Counted from the first letter of the stretch, positions 40,073-53,560 are shown. The stretch: DNA of 64,000 nt from Eledone cirrhosa (GCA_964016885.1 OZ024741.1:42222001-42286000), one strand, 5' to 3'. Numbers and translations are program-made. The notes: generated from the letters alone by a model not told the origin.

Positions 40073-40902
40073 CGAGGGAGCAAGAGAGTACCAAGTGTAT
40101 TGGCAGGAATGTGTATATAGTTTAATGGAAAATATGTTATATTACAGTGGTAGATACAAAGTAGGTAAGCTGAGACAATTTAGGTGAGATTTTACAATGT
40201 TAGGTGCTTTACATATCAGAATACAGAATAATAAATGCTGGAAAAAAACCACATAAGACATAAGCTTGTGTGAGAATACCAGAGTAATGGATGTATATGT
40301 GTGTGTGGGTGGGGACATAGAAAAATAGATGCTTTTGACAATATGTAGACAACTATACTGGTGATTACAGCAGTAACGATGATAGTGGTGCTGGTGTTAT
40401 TGATGGAATAAAATTAATAAATTAATGGATATAGGATTATGAAACAAGGTCATGCGCTTAGAGTAACTGTAATTGTTGTCATCTGTATGATATGAATACT
40501 TTTCGAAACTGAGATATTCATATGTTTTTTACAGTAATTATTCGTAACAAGTGGTAGAATTACCTCATGACAGTTAAATGTTAGATAGTAGAAAATAAAT
40601 ACTTGAACATAAATATTAAATTCAAAACTGTGTTTTTATTTTCAAACGAAAACAAATAGTCTAAGATTTTTGCATTATACTCGTATTAAAACGAACTAAT
40701 ACGCTTGAAACACCTGCGTTATTTGTGGCATTTAAAATCTGTATATTTTGTCTATAACAACATTAAATTTAAAAATACGAAGTAGGATACGAATATCAAT
40801 AAAAATCATGGTAATAAAGTTATTCTATCTTTGACTGCAAGGAATTTGTTTTGCAAGGTTTTTGATATGAAATCGTGTTTTGAAACACATATTGTTATAT
40901 TT

Positions 40903-42335
40903 AGGGAGGCTTAGGTTGTTATAAAGCTACCCTTTTCCCCCCTATCATTTGAAGGCTAAGATCTTTGATGCGAGGGCAATCCCAAAAGTAAGGTCTCCAA
41001 AGCGATGGGGGCGCAGAGAAACTGTTCGTACGTCTGTTGGCAACACTGTTGTGATTGGTCCTTCCTTCACTCCCAAACAAGCAGGCGCGGGCTTCTCTGG
41101 GATGTTCAATCTTGGCTGGGCAGCCGTTGAGAATGGAGCTCCCGTTGAACGCTACAGTCAAGTGAACGTTGAACGCTACCGTTCGCGCAGTTATTCGGTT
41201 TTTTAACGCAAAAGGCGTTGAACCGATTGAAATTCATCGCCAATTGACGGAAGTGTATGGACAGTTGTGCATGGATGTCAAAAACGTTCGCAAGTGGTGT
41301 AGAGAGTTTACAGCCGGCCGTTATTGAAATTCACGACGAACAAAGGAGCGGGAAACCGTCAATTTCCGACGAGAGAGTCGCAATTTTTCTGTTAAAATCC
41401 TGTGGATGGTGCTTCGGGAAACCTCAGGTACCAAAATGCAGAGAGCATCCAGAGTGATCCGCCGATCTTTACGCATGTTTTCCTCAACCTTTGCGACAAT
41501 CTCGTCGGAAATTGACGGTCTCCCGCTCCTTTGTTCGTCGTGAATTTCAGTACGACTGGCTGTAAACTCTCTACACCACTTGATAACGTTTTTGACATCC
41601 ATGCACGACTGTCCATACACTTCCGTCAATTGGCGACGAATTTCAATCGGTTCAACGCCTTTTGCGTTCAAAATCCGAATAACTGCGCGAACTTCGCACT
41701 TGACTGTAGCGTTCAACGGGAACTCCATTCTCAACGGCTACCAAGCCAAGATTGAGCATCCCAGCGAAGCGCGCGCATGCTTGTTTGGGAGTGAAGGAAG
41801 CACAAATCACAACAGTGTTGCCAACAGCCGTACGAACAGTTTCTCTGCGTCCCCATCGCTTTGGAAACCTTACTTTTGCGATTGCCCTCGTACTTACATC
41901 CTACCAGCTGTGTTATATGGTCTTGACTGTGTTAATTGGACGACAAGGTCACTTCAGAAGCTCTCTACATTCCAGAACCACACCATGAGACTTATGACTG
42001 GCAAGCGGCTCAGCGACCGTATCTGTATTAGGAAGCTGCTCAACATTACCAAACTTAGACCAATTACATCAATTGTCAAGTCAAGAGTACTCAAACTGTA
42101 CGGTCATATAAAAAGATCAACTCATGGTGTGAGTATATTACGCCTGGAAGGAAGGTTGGCTGGTAAGAGAAGCAGAGGCCGGCAGCGAAAACGATAGCTT
42201 GACAATGTCAACTTATGGACTGGACTTGATCTTTGCGCTTTGAACCCTGCTGCTGGTGATCGAACTTTGTGGTGAGAGATATCACATGTTAATGCGCAGT
42301 CTGCAACTGGCGGAGTTTAGCGTCACAAGAAGAAT
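40903..42335 (+). mobile_element. RTE LINE 3' end split by a mariner insertion
   Basis: LKAKIFD | TYILPAVLYG..LKLYGHI..GKRSRGRQRKR joins across the mariner; aagaag tail. Confidence 0.8.
40971..41890. mobile_element. Mariner derivative made of two inverted 5' halves
   Basis: TIR cgagggcaatc.caaaagtaaggt at both ends; HTH KCEVRAVIRIL..LTEVYG..KWCREF..RSGRPS on both strands; TA TSD (left copy TG). Confidence 0.88.
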
Positions 42336-42480
42336 GTTGTTATAATATTGTCGACTATGTATATCTTTCTTTATTTTGCATGTCAGCAAAGGAGTAAAGG
42401 TTTAGACGAAAACAAAGAAATACAGAATGAAAATTTGTTAAGAATCACTAAAAACATCAGAAAAAGTACGTAAGAGACTG

Positions 42481-42930
42481 TACGAGAGTTGGCTGAAATG
42501 TTCATAGACTGACCAAGATACTCTCATGGAATGACCTAATGAGGTTTATTTTTCAACATAGTCCCTGGAAAGAAACAATGCTGTTATTAATAAGAAGAGT
42601 TGAAATTAATGCATGCAATATTTCACAGCTCTAGTATCACTCCTTCATAGGCTGACCAAGATACTCTCGCGGAATGACCAAATATGGGTTATTTTTCAAC
42701 AACATAGTCCCTGGAAAGAAACAATGCAGTTATTGATAAGAAGAGTTGAAATTAATGTATGCAAGATTTCAAAGCTCTAGCATCACTCTTTCATAGACTG
42801 ACCAAGATACTCTCACGGAATGACCAAATATGGGTTATTTATCAACAACATTTGCTAATAAGAAGAGTTGAAATTAATGCATGCAAGATTTCACAGTTCT
42901 AACAACACTCCTTTTCAGCCGACCCTCGTA
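42481..42930. mobile_element. Mariner-derived MITE with internal ~140-bp tandem repeats
   Basis: tacgagagttggctgaaa / ttttcagccgaccctcgta; three repeats of gaccaagatactctc..ggaatgacc. Confidence 0.75.
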
Positions 42931-43221
42931 AAATTTATTAAGAAAAGAAAATATAAATGTAGCGGGCAGGCATTTAGCATGAAGAAACAAAAAATAGATG
43001 AGCAAAACTGTGGATAATTTGGAGATGGAAGGGAATAGGTTCACGTAGTCGAAAGAGACGGGGTATGAAATGAAGACATAAGATCGATACATGTATGATA
43101 AATACCATTATTGTTATCCCTACTGTTTTCTCTTCAGTGATGTCCCCACTGCGGTATTTTTTTGTCCGTGTATCGTCCCCGATGTCTTCGACTCTTGTGG
43201 ATAGTAAGAGAAATTAATAAT

Positions 43222-44246
43222 AATAATGGTTTCTTATATAGTCACAAGGCCAGCAATTTTGGGGGAGGGGAAAATCGATTAAATCGATCCCAGTACGTTA
43301 CTGGTGCTTTATTTTATCTACCCCGTAAGGATGAAAGGCAAAGTTAACCTCGGCGGGATTTGAACTCAGAATAATAATAATAATTTCTACTATAGTCACA
43401 AGGCCAGCAATTTGGGGAGAAGGGAAAGCCGATTAAATCGACCCCATTGGGGTCATATTTTATCGACCCGGTAGGGATGAAAGGCAAAGATAATCTCGGA
43501 GGGATTTTAACTTAGACCGTAAAGGGACATAACTCTACACCACAAAGCATTTCAGACAATGTACTGATACTGCCAATACACCGCTAATAATAATAACTAT
43601 AATAATAATAATGATAATAATGGTTTCTTATATAGGCACAAGGCCAGCAATTTTGGGGAGGGGAAAGTCGATTTATTCGACTCCAGTGCATTACTGGTAC
43701 TTTATTTTATCGACCCCGTAAGGATGAAAGGCAAACTTAACCTCGGTAAGATTTGAACTCAAACCATAAAGGGCCGTAACTCTTTGCTGCAAAGCATGGT
43801 GTCCGACTGTCTACCGATACTGCCAATCCATAATAATAATAATTGTTTCTACTTTTGGCACAAGGACAGCCAGCCATTACCCCAGTGTATTACTGGTGCT
43901 TTATTTTATCGACCCCGTAAGGATGAAAGGCAAAGCTAACCTCGACGGGATTTGAATTCAGACCGTAAAGGCCCGCAACTCTATGTTGAAAAGCATGGCG
44001 TCTGACCCTATACCGATACTGCCAATTCACCGCCCTTGTAATAATAATAATAATAATAATTGTTTCTACTTTTGGCACAAGGCCAGCAATTACTCAGTAC
44101 ATTACTGGTACTTTATTTTATCGACCCCGTAAGGATGAAAGGCAAAGTTAACCTCGATGGGATTTGAACTGAGACCGTAAATGGATGTAACTATACTGGA
44201 AAGCATGGCGTCCGACTCTCTACCGATACTTCCAATTCACCGCCCT
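43222..44246 (-). mobile_element. Head-to-tail array of five SINE A copies separated by (TAA)n
   Basis: Copies at about 43222, 43381, 43618, 43840 and 44058. Confidence 0.85.
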
Positions 44247-44247
44247 T

Positions 44248-44288
<41 letters not shown>

Positions 44289-44792
44289 TATTATTATTAT
44301 TATTATTAATTGATCCGATAGCGTTCGTTCAGATTACAGATTAGAGTGCCAGGCAACTAAAACCATGCCTTCAGCTGTTCTACGTTAGGTCAATTTCCCT
44401 AATCCCAGTAAGCGTGCTGCTCCATGTATATAATTATTTGAGCATGTGTATGTGTGTGTGTGTGTGCGTGTGTGTGTTGGGGGAGGTAATACGCGCATGC
44501 GTATGTAAATTTCATTACATAGCGTTCGATCCGAATGAATCGGTAATTTCTTATGAAAGTGAAATTACTTATTGATTTATTTCAGCCGCAACACAATGCC
44601 CAATTTACGATCATGTTGCCATTGGTGATTGCCTTGGACATCATTTTGAATTCCTTTCCTCCTATAATAACACTACTAGCAGACGATAGTTGTCACATAT
44701 ATAGCTGAGTGGTTAAGGATTTCCTTTCGCAATCATAAGATCTCGGGTTCGATTCGACTGTGTAACATCTCGGGCAACTGTCTTTCATTATA

Positions 44793-44984
44793 AGGGCGGT
44801 GAATTGGCAGTATCGGTAGAGGGTTGGACGCCATGCTTTCTAGCATAGTTACGTCCCTTTACAGTCTGAGTTCAAATCCCGCCGAGGTTAACTTTGCCTT
44901 TCATCCTTACGGGGTCGATAAAATAAAGTACCAGTAATGTACTGGGTAATTGTTGGCCTTGTGCCTAAAGTAGAAACAATTATT
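44793..44984 (+). mobile_element. SINE family A
   Basis: Full-length copy. Confidence 0.85.
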
Positions 44985-45783
44985 ATAGTCTTCTGTCGAC
45001 TCAAGACTTGTGTAGACGAAAACTGTGTGGAAGCCCGACGGGTGGATTGTATCGGCAATTCAAATGTAAAGCCTTTTTCGCATAACTCTTGAGCTAGATG
45101 TTCAGTTGATTAAAAAACCGAATTCAACTCATTATTGAAATCATCGTCGGATCCATCTCTGAGAGATAATAGAGGGTCGCCATATTGAATTAAAGGAACA
45201 GGCGTTCGAATTGCTCCGTAGGCATGTTATTAATTGTTCGTATTCAACATAGTTAATTAAACAGTTACTGTCTGCTACTTTGGCTGAAAAGCCAACATGA
45301 AAAACTACTAGAAATAGTTCTCAAACATCCTTCAAATAATAGTTCTGCAGTGTTTATCAAATTTGGGACACATCTATTGGACAATGTGGTCTTTGATATA
45401 CAAAAGGACGAGCTGGTCACGCCCTGAGTCCAAATTCCACCAATGCCAAGTTCGCTTTTCAGCTGGCTCAATAAAAAAAGTACTTAGTTGAATGTAAAGG
45501 AAAGAACTTTGCTGCAACCCAGGCTAGTCTGAGAGTGTACTAGAAAAAGCGGCCTAATAACCCCCAAATCATACTTTGTCGTGTTGGATAAAGTCGGAAT
45601 GGTCATGACGGAGATTCTTTTACGATAGTTCTACTCGATTAGACCTGAGTAGGGACTAAGCAATAACATCAACTACTGCGTGAAGTTGATTAGTAAAATC
45701 AGTAAGACGGTAGACAAATTCTTGAATGCATTAAGTTATGTTATTCCTAACTGAAAGGCAACCCAATATTAGTGTTGTTAGAG

Positions 45784-46005
45784 AGGGTGGTGGATTGGCA
45801 GTATCGGTAGAGGGTCGGAGGCCTTGCTTTGCAGCTTAGAGTTACGGACCTTTATGATCTGAGTTCAAATGCTGCCGAGGTTAACTTTGCCGTTTACCCT
45901 TACGGAGTCGATAAAATAAAGCACCAGTCACGCACTGGGGTTGATTTAATCGACTTTCCCCTCCCCCCAAATTGCTGGCCTTGTGTCTATATAAGAAACC
46001 ATTAT
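45784..46005 (+). mobile_element. SINE family A
   Basis: Full-length copy. Confidence 0.85.
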
Positions 46006-46699
46006 TAGTGCTGATAGAACGTTGAACAGAATGTTTTGTGGTATTCGTTATGGCTTTCAACTTTATATTATAACTATTTTTTTAGTCAAAAGGGAATTTT
46101 ATTCACAGCTATAAAAAAACCCCAAAACATTACAAATAAAGCAGAAGTCATATAATGAAAAATAAAAATAAAAACAAAATTAAAGTAATGAGAAAATGGT
46201 AAAGGGTAAAGAGGGCAAATCTGGCTGTATGGGAAAATATTTTCTTGACTTTGCTTTTCATCCTTTCCAGGTTGATGAAAAAATAGCTGTCAAGTATCAG
46301 CGTCGATTCTCTCTCTATACCTCTTGCACACTTCCCCTCTATTACTCGTATTCTCTTTCTCTAGAATATTCGGCAGTGTTCAGATATATAGAGAGAATGG
46401 GCAAGTTTAAACTGTCATTTACACTGTATGTCCTTATGGACACCTACGATTTTGTCAGGAATTACGGATTCAAACATTCATTACTAATTGAGCATAAGAT
46501 TCTTTTTATACCAATAAACCTTGCGCGTTCTGACTTCAAATATCCACCAGGCCAACTTTGCTGTTAACCCTTCTAGAGGTCGATAACATATAGAACCAGT
46601 GAAGTACCAGATTGTCTACATATAAGCTTTGTACACAAGCCGAGTCTCATGAAAGCTACTTCGGTTGATTTTTCAAAGTATCACTTCCTAATTTACATA

Positions 46700-47190
46700 C
46701 AAGGCCAGTAAAGATCGGAAAAGGGAAACTTCTATTACACCAACTTTACTTCTTGATAGGTATTTTATTTTATCGATCCTGGAAGAAAGAAATGCGAATT
46801 TGACCTCGGCTGGATTTGAAATCAGAATGTAAAGAGTCAGATCAAATGCTGCAAATGTATTTTATCCGATGTTCTGCTAATTCTGCCAATCCATTAATTA
46901 CCTTATGAATTAGAGGGTATGACTGCGTTTCTATTAAAAGCTTGGTTTTATCTGAAAATTTTATGGATCCATCTAGCATAATAGAGCTTGTAATAATAGC
47001 GATTAAGAGGAGAAGAAAGCCGACTACATTGATTGAAATACTTGACAGATACTTTATTTTATCGGACTCAGAAGAATGAAAGCTAAAGTTGACCTTGCAT
47101 TATAAAACTGAACTCATAACTCAAAGAGTCGGAACAAATATTACAAAATATTTATCCGACACCCTAACGATTCCCCGAACCCACCGCTTT
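46700..47190 (-). mobile_element. Two diverged SINE A copies
   Basis: ttttatcgatcc..gacctcggctggatttgaa and ttttatcggactc..aaagttgacctt. Confidence 0.55.
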
Positions 47191-47261
47191 AGTCATCTGT
47201 CGTAATATGCAAGCATACCTAAAGTTCTGTGAAGTGTCTTAAGATATGATTGAGGTAACAA

Positions 47262-47812
47262 ATGATGTAATACCTCTCATAAAACATGTAATACCTCTCA
47301 CAAAAAATGTAATACTTCTCACAAAAGATGTAATACCTCTCATAAAACATGTAAAACCTCTCACAAAAGATGTAATACCTCTCACAAAAGATGTAATATC
47401 TCTCATAAAACATGTAATACCTCTCACAAAAGATGTAATATTTCTCACAAGAGATGTAATACTTGTCAACAAAAGATGTAATCTCACAAAAGATGTAATA
47501 TCTCTCACAAAAGATGTAATACTTCTCACAAAAGATGTAATATCTCTCACAAAAGATGTAATACTTCTCATAAAAGATGTAATATCTCTCACAAAACATG
47601 TAATACTTCTCACAAAAGGTGTAATATCTCTCGCAAAACATGTAATACGTCTCACAAAACATGTAATACTTCTGACAAAAGATGTAATATCTCTCACAAA
47701 AGATGTAATATCTCTCTCAAAAGATGTAATATCTCTCACAAAAGATGTAATATCTCTCGCAAAAGATGTTATATCTCTCACAAAAGATGTAATATCTCTT
47801 GTAAAAGAAGTA
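47262..47812. repeat. 21-bp minisatellite (aaaagatgtaatatctctcac), about 26 units
   Basis: Directly visible. Confidence 0.95.
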
Positions 47813-48777
47813 ATCAATCAGGATCAACTTGAATAATACTAATTCCAGACAAGTATTTTCATAGTAATTTGCGAAAAACAAACTTCCGGGTTAAGTTTCG
47901 ATTTTTGTAGGCCTCTATGAACTTTTGTATATTCAAATCATATTCACCTTTCTACATTTCACTTATTTTGAACGTAGGAGAAGATATCGTTCAGGTTTTA
48001 TTCCATTATAACTTTATCAATAACCCTTTTATAATAGGAAACAAGAAACACGGCAAAACTGATAGAGTGCCTTGAACACAGTTTACTTCATATCTGACAC
48101 AGAGAAAGATATTTGATGATAAGCACCCTTAAGTTCGAAGGTGGAGAACAATTGGTATGCAGAAGGCGTAATGATCGTAACATCGATCTCTGGAAGTGCG
48201 TCTGCATACAAGTCAGTGAATAAATTTATAGCTTGAGAGCAATCAATACAGGGTCGTTTATTGAGACTGTGAAGTTCATCCTTTGTTACTAATTATTTGT
48301 GCTTGCCAAGATGTCATGCTGTGTTCAATGATGCCCTCTACCAATAGATTTTCTATAAAATGTAATAAATCGTATTGATTTCATTGCAATGGGTTAGTGA
48401 TTTAGCGGCAAATTAGGAGGCTAATGTAGTAAGTACAATTCATGTTTCTGAAACTGCACGATAATGTTTAGGGTTTGCTATAAAGACACGTTGATGCTGC
48501 TTCTAAAATTTTCCACAAGGATGTTGCCCGAGCAACCATAACGAAACCTGACCATTCATCATTCAAGATGATGCACCTGGTATTGCAATTTGAGCTATTC
48601 TAAATCGCGGAAACAGACTAGTTACTTTATATATATATATATATATGCAAAAGTTCTATTTAAAATTGTTGGGTTACAACAAGTAAATATTTTTATAACT
48701 GATATAAAGCACTCGACACATTTTTGGAGTAGATATACGATATTAATAAATGGAAACTATATTTATAAAACCATATT

Positions 48778-48842
48778 TATTTCATTATACATATTTCAGG
48801 GATACCACATTAAATTATGGTATGCCTTCATCAGACAAAATA
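48778..48842 (-). ncRNA. Type I hammerhead ribozyme
   Basis: tattttgt CTGATGA aggcatacc..ggtatccct GAAA tatgtat a atgaaata. Confidence 0.7.
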
Positions 48843-49257
48843 CAATATATAACAGTTTTACAAATAGGTTTGACGTACCCTTTAAAATATAACCATTACT
48901 TTTGGAGGCTGTCTGGATAGTGATTTGTTCATATAATAAGTCATAGTGTTAAGCACAATTAGAAAAAGACGGAGAGAAAGAAAGAGAAAAGATCAAAGAC
49001 AGAGAGAGAAAAAGAAAAGTGAAAGAAAACCTGGAGAAGTATCGGAGAGAGAGAGAAAAGTATGGAGAAAAGAAAGAGATAGATAAAGATAGGAGGAAAT
49101 AAAAAAGAAAGAAAAGGAAGGAATAAGAAAAACAAAGGAATAAGAAAAACAAAGGAAAGCAACAGAGAGATATCAAGTCATCATTGCTTAATTTGCCCAG
49201 GTCCGATTTTGATGGTGCGATCAATCTAACTGGCAAGTCATTTTCAAAATTCCTTTT

Positions 49258-49998
49258 GTGATCAACCTTAACAACTATAATAGAAAGCATTACAATAATT
49301 CCAAAAGCCAAAAAAGAAATAGAACTAGGAACATAATATGGTTTGCCCCCCCTTTCTCATTAAACATTAAAACCCACATCACTAAACTATTTTTTAAAGC
49401 TCTTGATAATCGCTTCCCTAGAACACATAGGTATCACTCAATTTTCAATAGACATACTATAAAATTAACCTACTCATCCACCAAAAATTTAGCACAAAAT
49501 ATTAATAGAATAAATAATAGGAACTTAAAACCTAGCGATAATAGCATAAATAATATACAAGTTAACAAATGTAACTGTAGAGATAGATCTAAATGTCCGT
49601 TAAATAACAACTGCTTAGTTAAAAATATAATATACAACTGTAATGTTAAAACAGACTCTAATTCTTTTAACTATGTCGGTTCCACATCGACGGAATTTAA
49701 ACTTCGCTATAATAACCACAAGAATTCTTTCACAGATCCAAGCAAAAAATCTTCAACAGCACTATCAGGCGTACTCTGGCAACTTAGGCAAGATAACGTT
49801 AGATATTCGACGGCTTGGAATATAGTCTCAAGAGGGATTCCTTTTAATTCATCCTCTGAGACATGTGACCTCTGCGCGGAGGAGATATTCTTTATACTAA
49901 AATCTAAAAATTCCCTTAATCTACGGACAAATTTATTCAGTTGCTGCAAACATAGATTGAACTCAACTTTTAAATATAAATTTAAATTTAAAATGTAG
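49258..49998 (+). CDS. Naiad C-terminal domain (GIY-YIG endonuclease), open but 5'-truncated
   Basis: RNIIWFAPP, IKLTYS, CNCRDRSKCPL, NIIY..YVGST..FKLRYNNH, CDLC..E, LNLR..CCKH. Confidence 0.8.
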   Translation: MINLNNYNRKHYNNSKSQKRNRTRNIIWFAPPFSLNIKTHITKLFFKALDNRFPRTHRYHSIFNRHTIKLTYSSTKNLAQNINRINNRNLKPSDNSINNIQVNKCNCRDRSKCPLNNNCLVKNIIYNCNVKTDSNSFNYVGSTSTEFKLRYNNHKNSFTDPSKKSSTALSGVLWQLRQDNVRYSTAWNIVSRGIPFNSSSETCDLCAEEIFFILKSKNSLNLRTNLFSCCKHRLNSTFKYKFKFKM

Positions 49999-50517
49999 TA
50001 TATTTAGTTTGATTTATAATTATTTGGGAAACTAGCCGATAAATCTTTCGATTTCTTCTTTTTATTCTTCTTTTTATTTTTATTTTTATTTTTATTTAAA
50101 CATTCTTCATGAAAAATTAAACTACCCTAAAAGTTGATGCTCCAAATATTTCGAATAAACGTTACACTAGATAAACTTCTATATTAAATATAAGAACATA
50201 TGTAGACCAAATGGGCATCCTAAACTTTTTTGAAATGATTTCTGCTAGACGCGATTTGGTAAATAATTTTTAGCTTTATCTGTTTTCGACTCTGATGCTT
50301 ATAATGAACTTGGCAATATATTGTCAATTAATTTTGAAGGGTTGATCTTTGTGGTCGATTTGCGCGGCATATTATGTTTCTATTATGTTTTTATTTTTAT
50401 TATTATTTTAATATTTTTTAATAATATTTTTTAATATTTTTAATATTTTTAATATTTTTATTTTTAATATGTAATATTTTTTAGTTTTCTATTTTATTTA
50501 TTTGTTTATTATTATTA

Positions 50518-50551
<34 letters not shown>

Positions 50552-51380
50552 TTTTGTTTTTGTTTCTGATATTTTTTATTAATATATTGAAATCTGTTCT
50601 CTATTTCTGCTTGATAGATAATCATGTAGAGTAAAGACAAGAATAGTATTGTTAAAATTAATATAGACTCTATATATATGTGTATATATACACATATATG
50701 TATACTTAAATTTTTTATAGCACAATGAGAATGTTCTCCGTGTGAAATAGGGGTTTGCAGAGTTGATCACGTAAATTCACATCGATGTCTGTAGTTATCA
50801 TATAAACATATGAATTTTTAAAACTAGACACAAGATCATTACTTTTCACACATTATGGATACGTGTCTCATTCAGGAATACTGATATTTACATTATAGTG
50901 CCTGGTTTTTATACGAACTAATATTTCTAAATTCTGCCTCGCCTATGTCTGGTTACTTTTCATTTTTCTCTCTATATAACGGCTGGTTTCTTTCCTAACC
51001 ACATATATCTCCCTTACATTAATACTAGAGCTAAATAAATAAATAAATAAATAAATGTATCATTGATACGTTCATTCAACGGATGTCCAACTACCTACTT
51101 TTCTCTATATATATCTATCTCTATCTATTTCCTCTCTCTATATATATCTCTCTCTGTTTCTTTACATGAAGTTCTTCTCTTTATCTATCTTTCCATCTCT
51201 CTATTTTGTTGCATGCATTTCTTCTTTTTCTTCTTTTTCTTCGTTTTCTTTCTTTCTTTCCTTCTTTCTCTCTTTCTTTCTTTCTGTTTACAATTTTTCA
51301 CTGCCAAATCAACTTTTTCAAATACAAGTCGATGTTGAACGGTATGTCAAATCTATTTATCTATAAAACTGTCTATATTG

Positions 51381-51446
51381 TATTTTGTCTGAGGAAGGCA
51401 TAACATATTGTTAATATGATATCCCTGAAATATATATAATGAAATA
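51381..51446 (+). ncRNA. Type I hammerhead ribozyme
   Basis: tattttgt CTGAGGA agg..cct GAAA tatatat a atgaaata. Confidence 0.7.
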
Positions 51447-51571
51447 AATATGGTTTTATAAATATAGTTTCCATTTATTTAATATCGTAAATATACTCCA
51501 AATACTTGTTGAGTGCTTTTATATCAGTTATAAATATTTACTAGTTGTAACCCAACAATTTAAATATAACT

Positions 51572-51632
<61 letters not shown>

Positions 51633-51764
51633 GATAAATCTACCAAAAGTTTACGGTAGTGTCCAATCCGTATGAAGAACTCAATGTAATCCGGATATCA
51701 TGAAAAGAGAAGATGCATTCAAAAACTACTTTCAGTGAAAAATAAACGGAAAACAGAGTCAAGA

Positions 51765-51915
51765 TAAATTAATAAAATAATGAATAAACAAAGAAACAGT
51801 TCCTTATATTAAAAAAAAATCCAACTCTAACACATATATATCCTAGAAACGATCGTAAAATGATGAATTTTTTTAATATAAGAAACTGTTTCTTTGTTTA
51901 TTCATTATTTTATTA

Positions 51916-51921
<6 letters not shown>
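51765..51921. repeat. Fold-back repeat adjoining (TA)n
   Basis: taaattaataaaataatgaataaacaaagaaacagt and its reverse complement; internal motifs shared with 10140-10270. Confidence 0.65.
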
Positions 51922-51975
<54 letters not shown>

Positions 51976-53236
51976 GTATATTGTTATACTATTAACAGAA
52001 ATATAACAGAGAAATTGAAATAAATGAAGCATTTTAGGAAATATTTTTAAACAGTTATCCATGTAAATGGTTTAAAACAAACAATAGAAAATTGAACAAT
52101 TTAGATATAATAGTATATTTTAGAAACATCATATAAAATAATTAATATCAATGTTTAAATTGTTTTTTAGATACGATAAAAACAATTTCGTTTATAAATT
52201 ACATTATACATTTATAGGAAGAAACAAAGAATCTGAACATTTATAAAACAAAAAAATCAAGGTAGGTAAAATAAATATTTTACTTTGTGAGGCATTTGCT
52301 ACTGGGCTGATGATCCTCCCCCTCTTTTTCTGTAATTTCTGAGGGGGTCGTAGGGGCACCGTAGTGGCGTATGGCGTTTCTAGGGCGTTTTCTTTAAAAA
52401 GCCGATGGAGCCCGTCTCCTCAGGTCTGAATACAGCAGATTTCTTCCAGAGAAGAATAGAAAGTTAGAGAGAAATAAGAGACATAGAGGATGAATCAATC
52501 CCAGTATTAGACTGGTACATATCGACCTCGAAAGGATGAAAGACAACTAGAGAGAGCAGAGAGTTGAAACAAATACCGCCAAGCATTCTATCCACTGTTC
52601 TAACACCTCTGCCTATTCCTCGCCTACCATGGACCATACAGTATATATAAATATTGCATTTGGTTGTATTGAGAGCTGAGTCACTGGCCTCATCGATTCA
52701 AAAAAGATAAAGCACCCTTAATACTAAATAGATTCGTTGGGGGCTCCATCGTGATACACGGTGGGGTCCATCTCTCTCTGGTCGGAATACAGCCGATTTC
52801 TTCCAGAGAGAGCGAGAGAGAGAGAATCTACTGCAGTCATATATTGTTTATCGATCCCTCAAAATGAAGAGGGGCAAAGTTAACCTTGGCGAGATTTGAA
52901 CTTAGAGTGCAACGAGCCGGAATTAATATTGATCTCAATAGTTTTTTTTTTCAAGTCTGGTACTTATGTCATTGATCCTTTATTGTCGACATAAACACAT
53001 ACACAGAGGTAACCCCCCCCCCCCGCCATACACACATGTATATAGTTTCCGTCTATGAAATGCCACTCTCAAAGCATTAGTCAACCTAAGACTGTTGTAG
53101 ATGACACTTGTCCGAGGTGTCATGCTGTGGGATTAAACCTCAAAACCTATGGGTGCGAATCGAACTCCTTAACCACATAGCTACGTCTGCGCCTATATAT
53201 GTGAGTGTGTGCATAGGTGCATATATACTTACACAG

Positions 53237-53560
53237 GTGAAGACGTGTGGCTTAGTGGTTAGGGTATTCGGTTCACAATCGTAATGTCGTGAATTCGAAT
53301 CCCAGCGGCGTGTTGTGTCCTTGAGCAAGTCACTTTATATCACGTTGCTCCAGTCTATTCAACTGGCAAATCGAGTTGTATCTGTAATTCGAAGAAGCAA
53401 CCTTGTCACATTCTGTGTCACGCTGAATCTCCCTGAGAATTACGTTAAGAGTATGCGTGTTTGTGGAATGCTCAGCCACTTGCACGTTAATTTCATGAGA
53501 AGGCTGTTCCGTTGATCGTATCAATTGGAATACTCGTCGTCGCAACCGACGGAGTGCCAG
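53237..53560 (+). mobile_element. SINE family B, full-length
   Basis: tRNA-like A box gtggcttagtggtt and B box ttcgaatccc, body gtccttgagcaag..tttat.tcacgttgctccag. Confidence 0.8.

Larger units (their letters stand above)
48646..51574 (+). mobile_element. Naiad-type PLE 3' half with inverted 5' piece and inverted HHR-bearing termini
   Basis: 48646-48880 is inverted relative to about 51330-51574; minus-strand RT fragment KVDHKRNFENDLPVRLIAPSKSDLGK at about 49170-49270; (TA)n on both sides. Confidence 0.8.

Noticed and set aside
41580-42197. 205-aa mariner-RTE fusion ORF
   Set aside because: Antisense mariner sequence reading by chance into the RTE tail; no evidence of a domesticated gene
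47262-47812. CRISPR-like array
   Set aside because: Pure tandem repeat with no unique spacers and no cas genes; eukaryotic context
47219-47836. Three long overlapping repeat ORFs (147-196 aa)
   Set aside because: They arise from a 21-bp minisatellite that is stop-free in several frames; no splice or domain evidence
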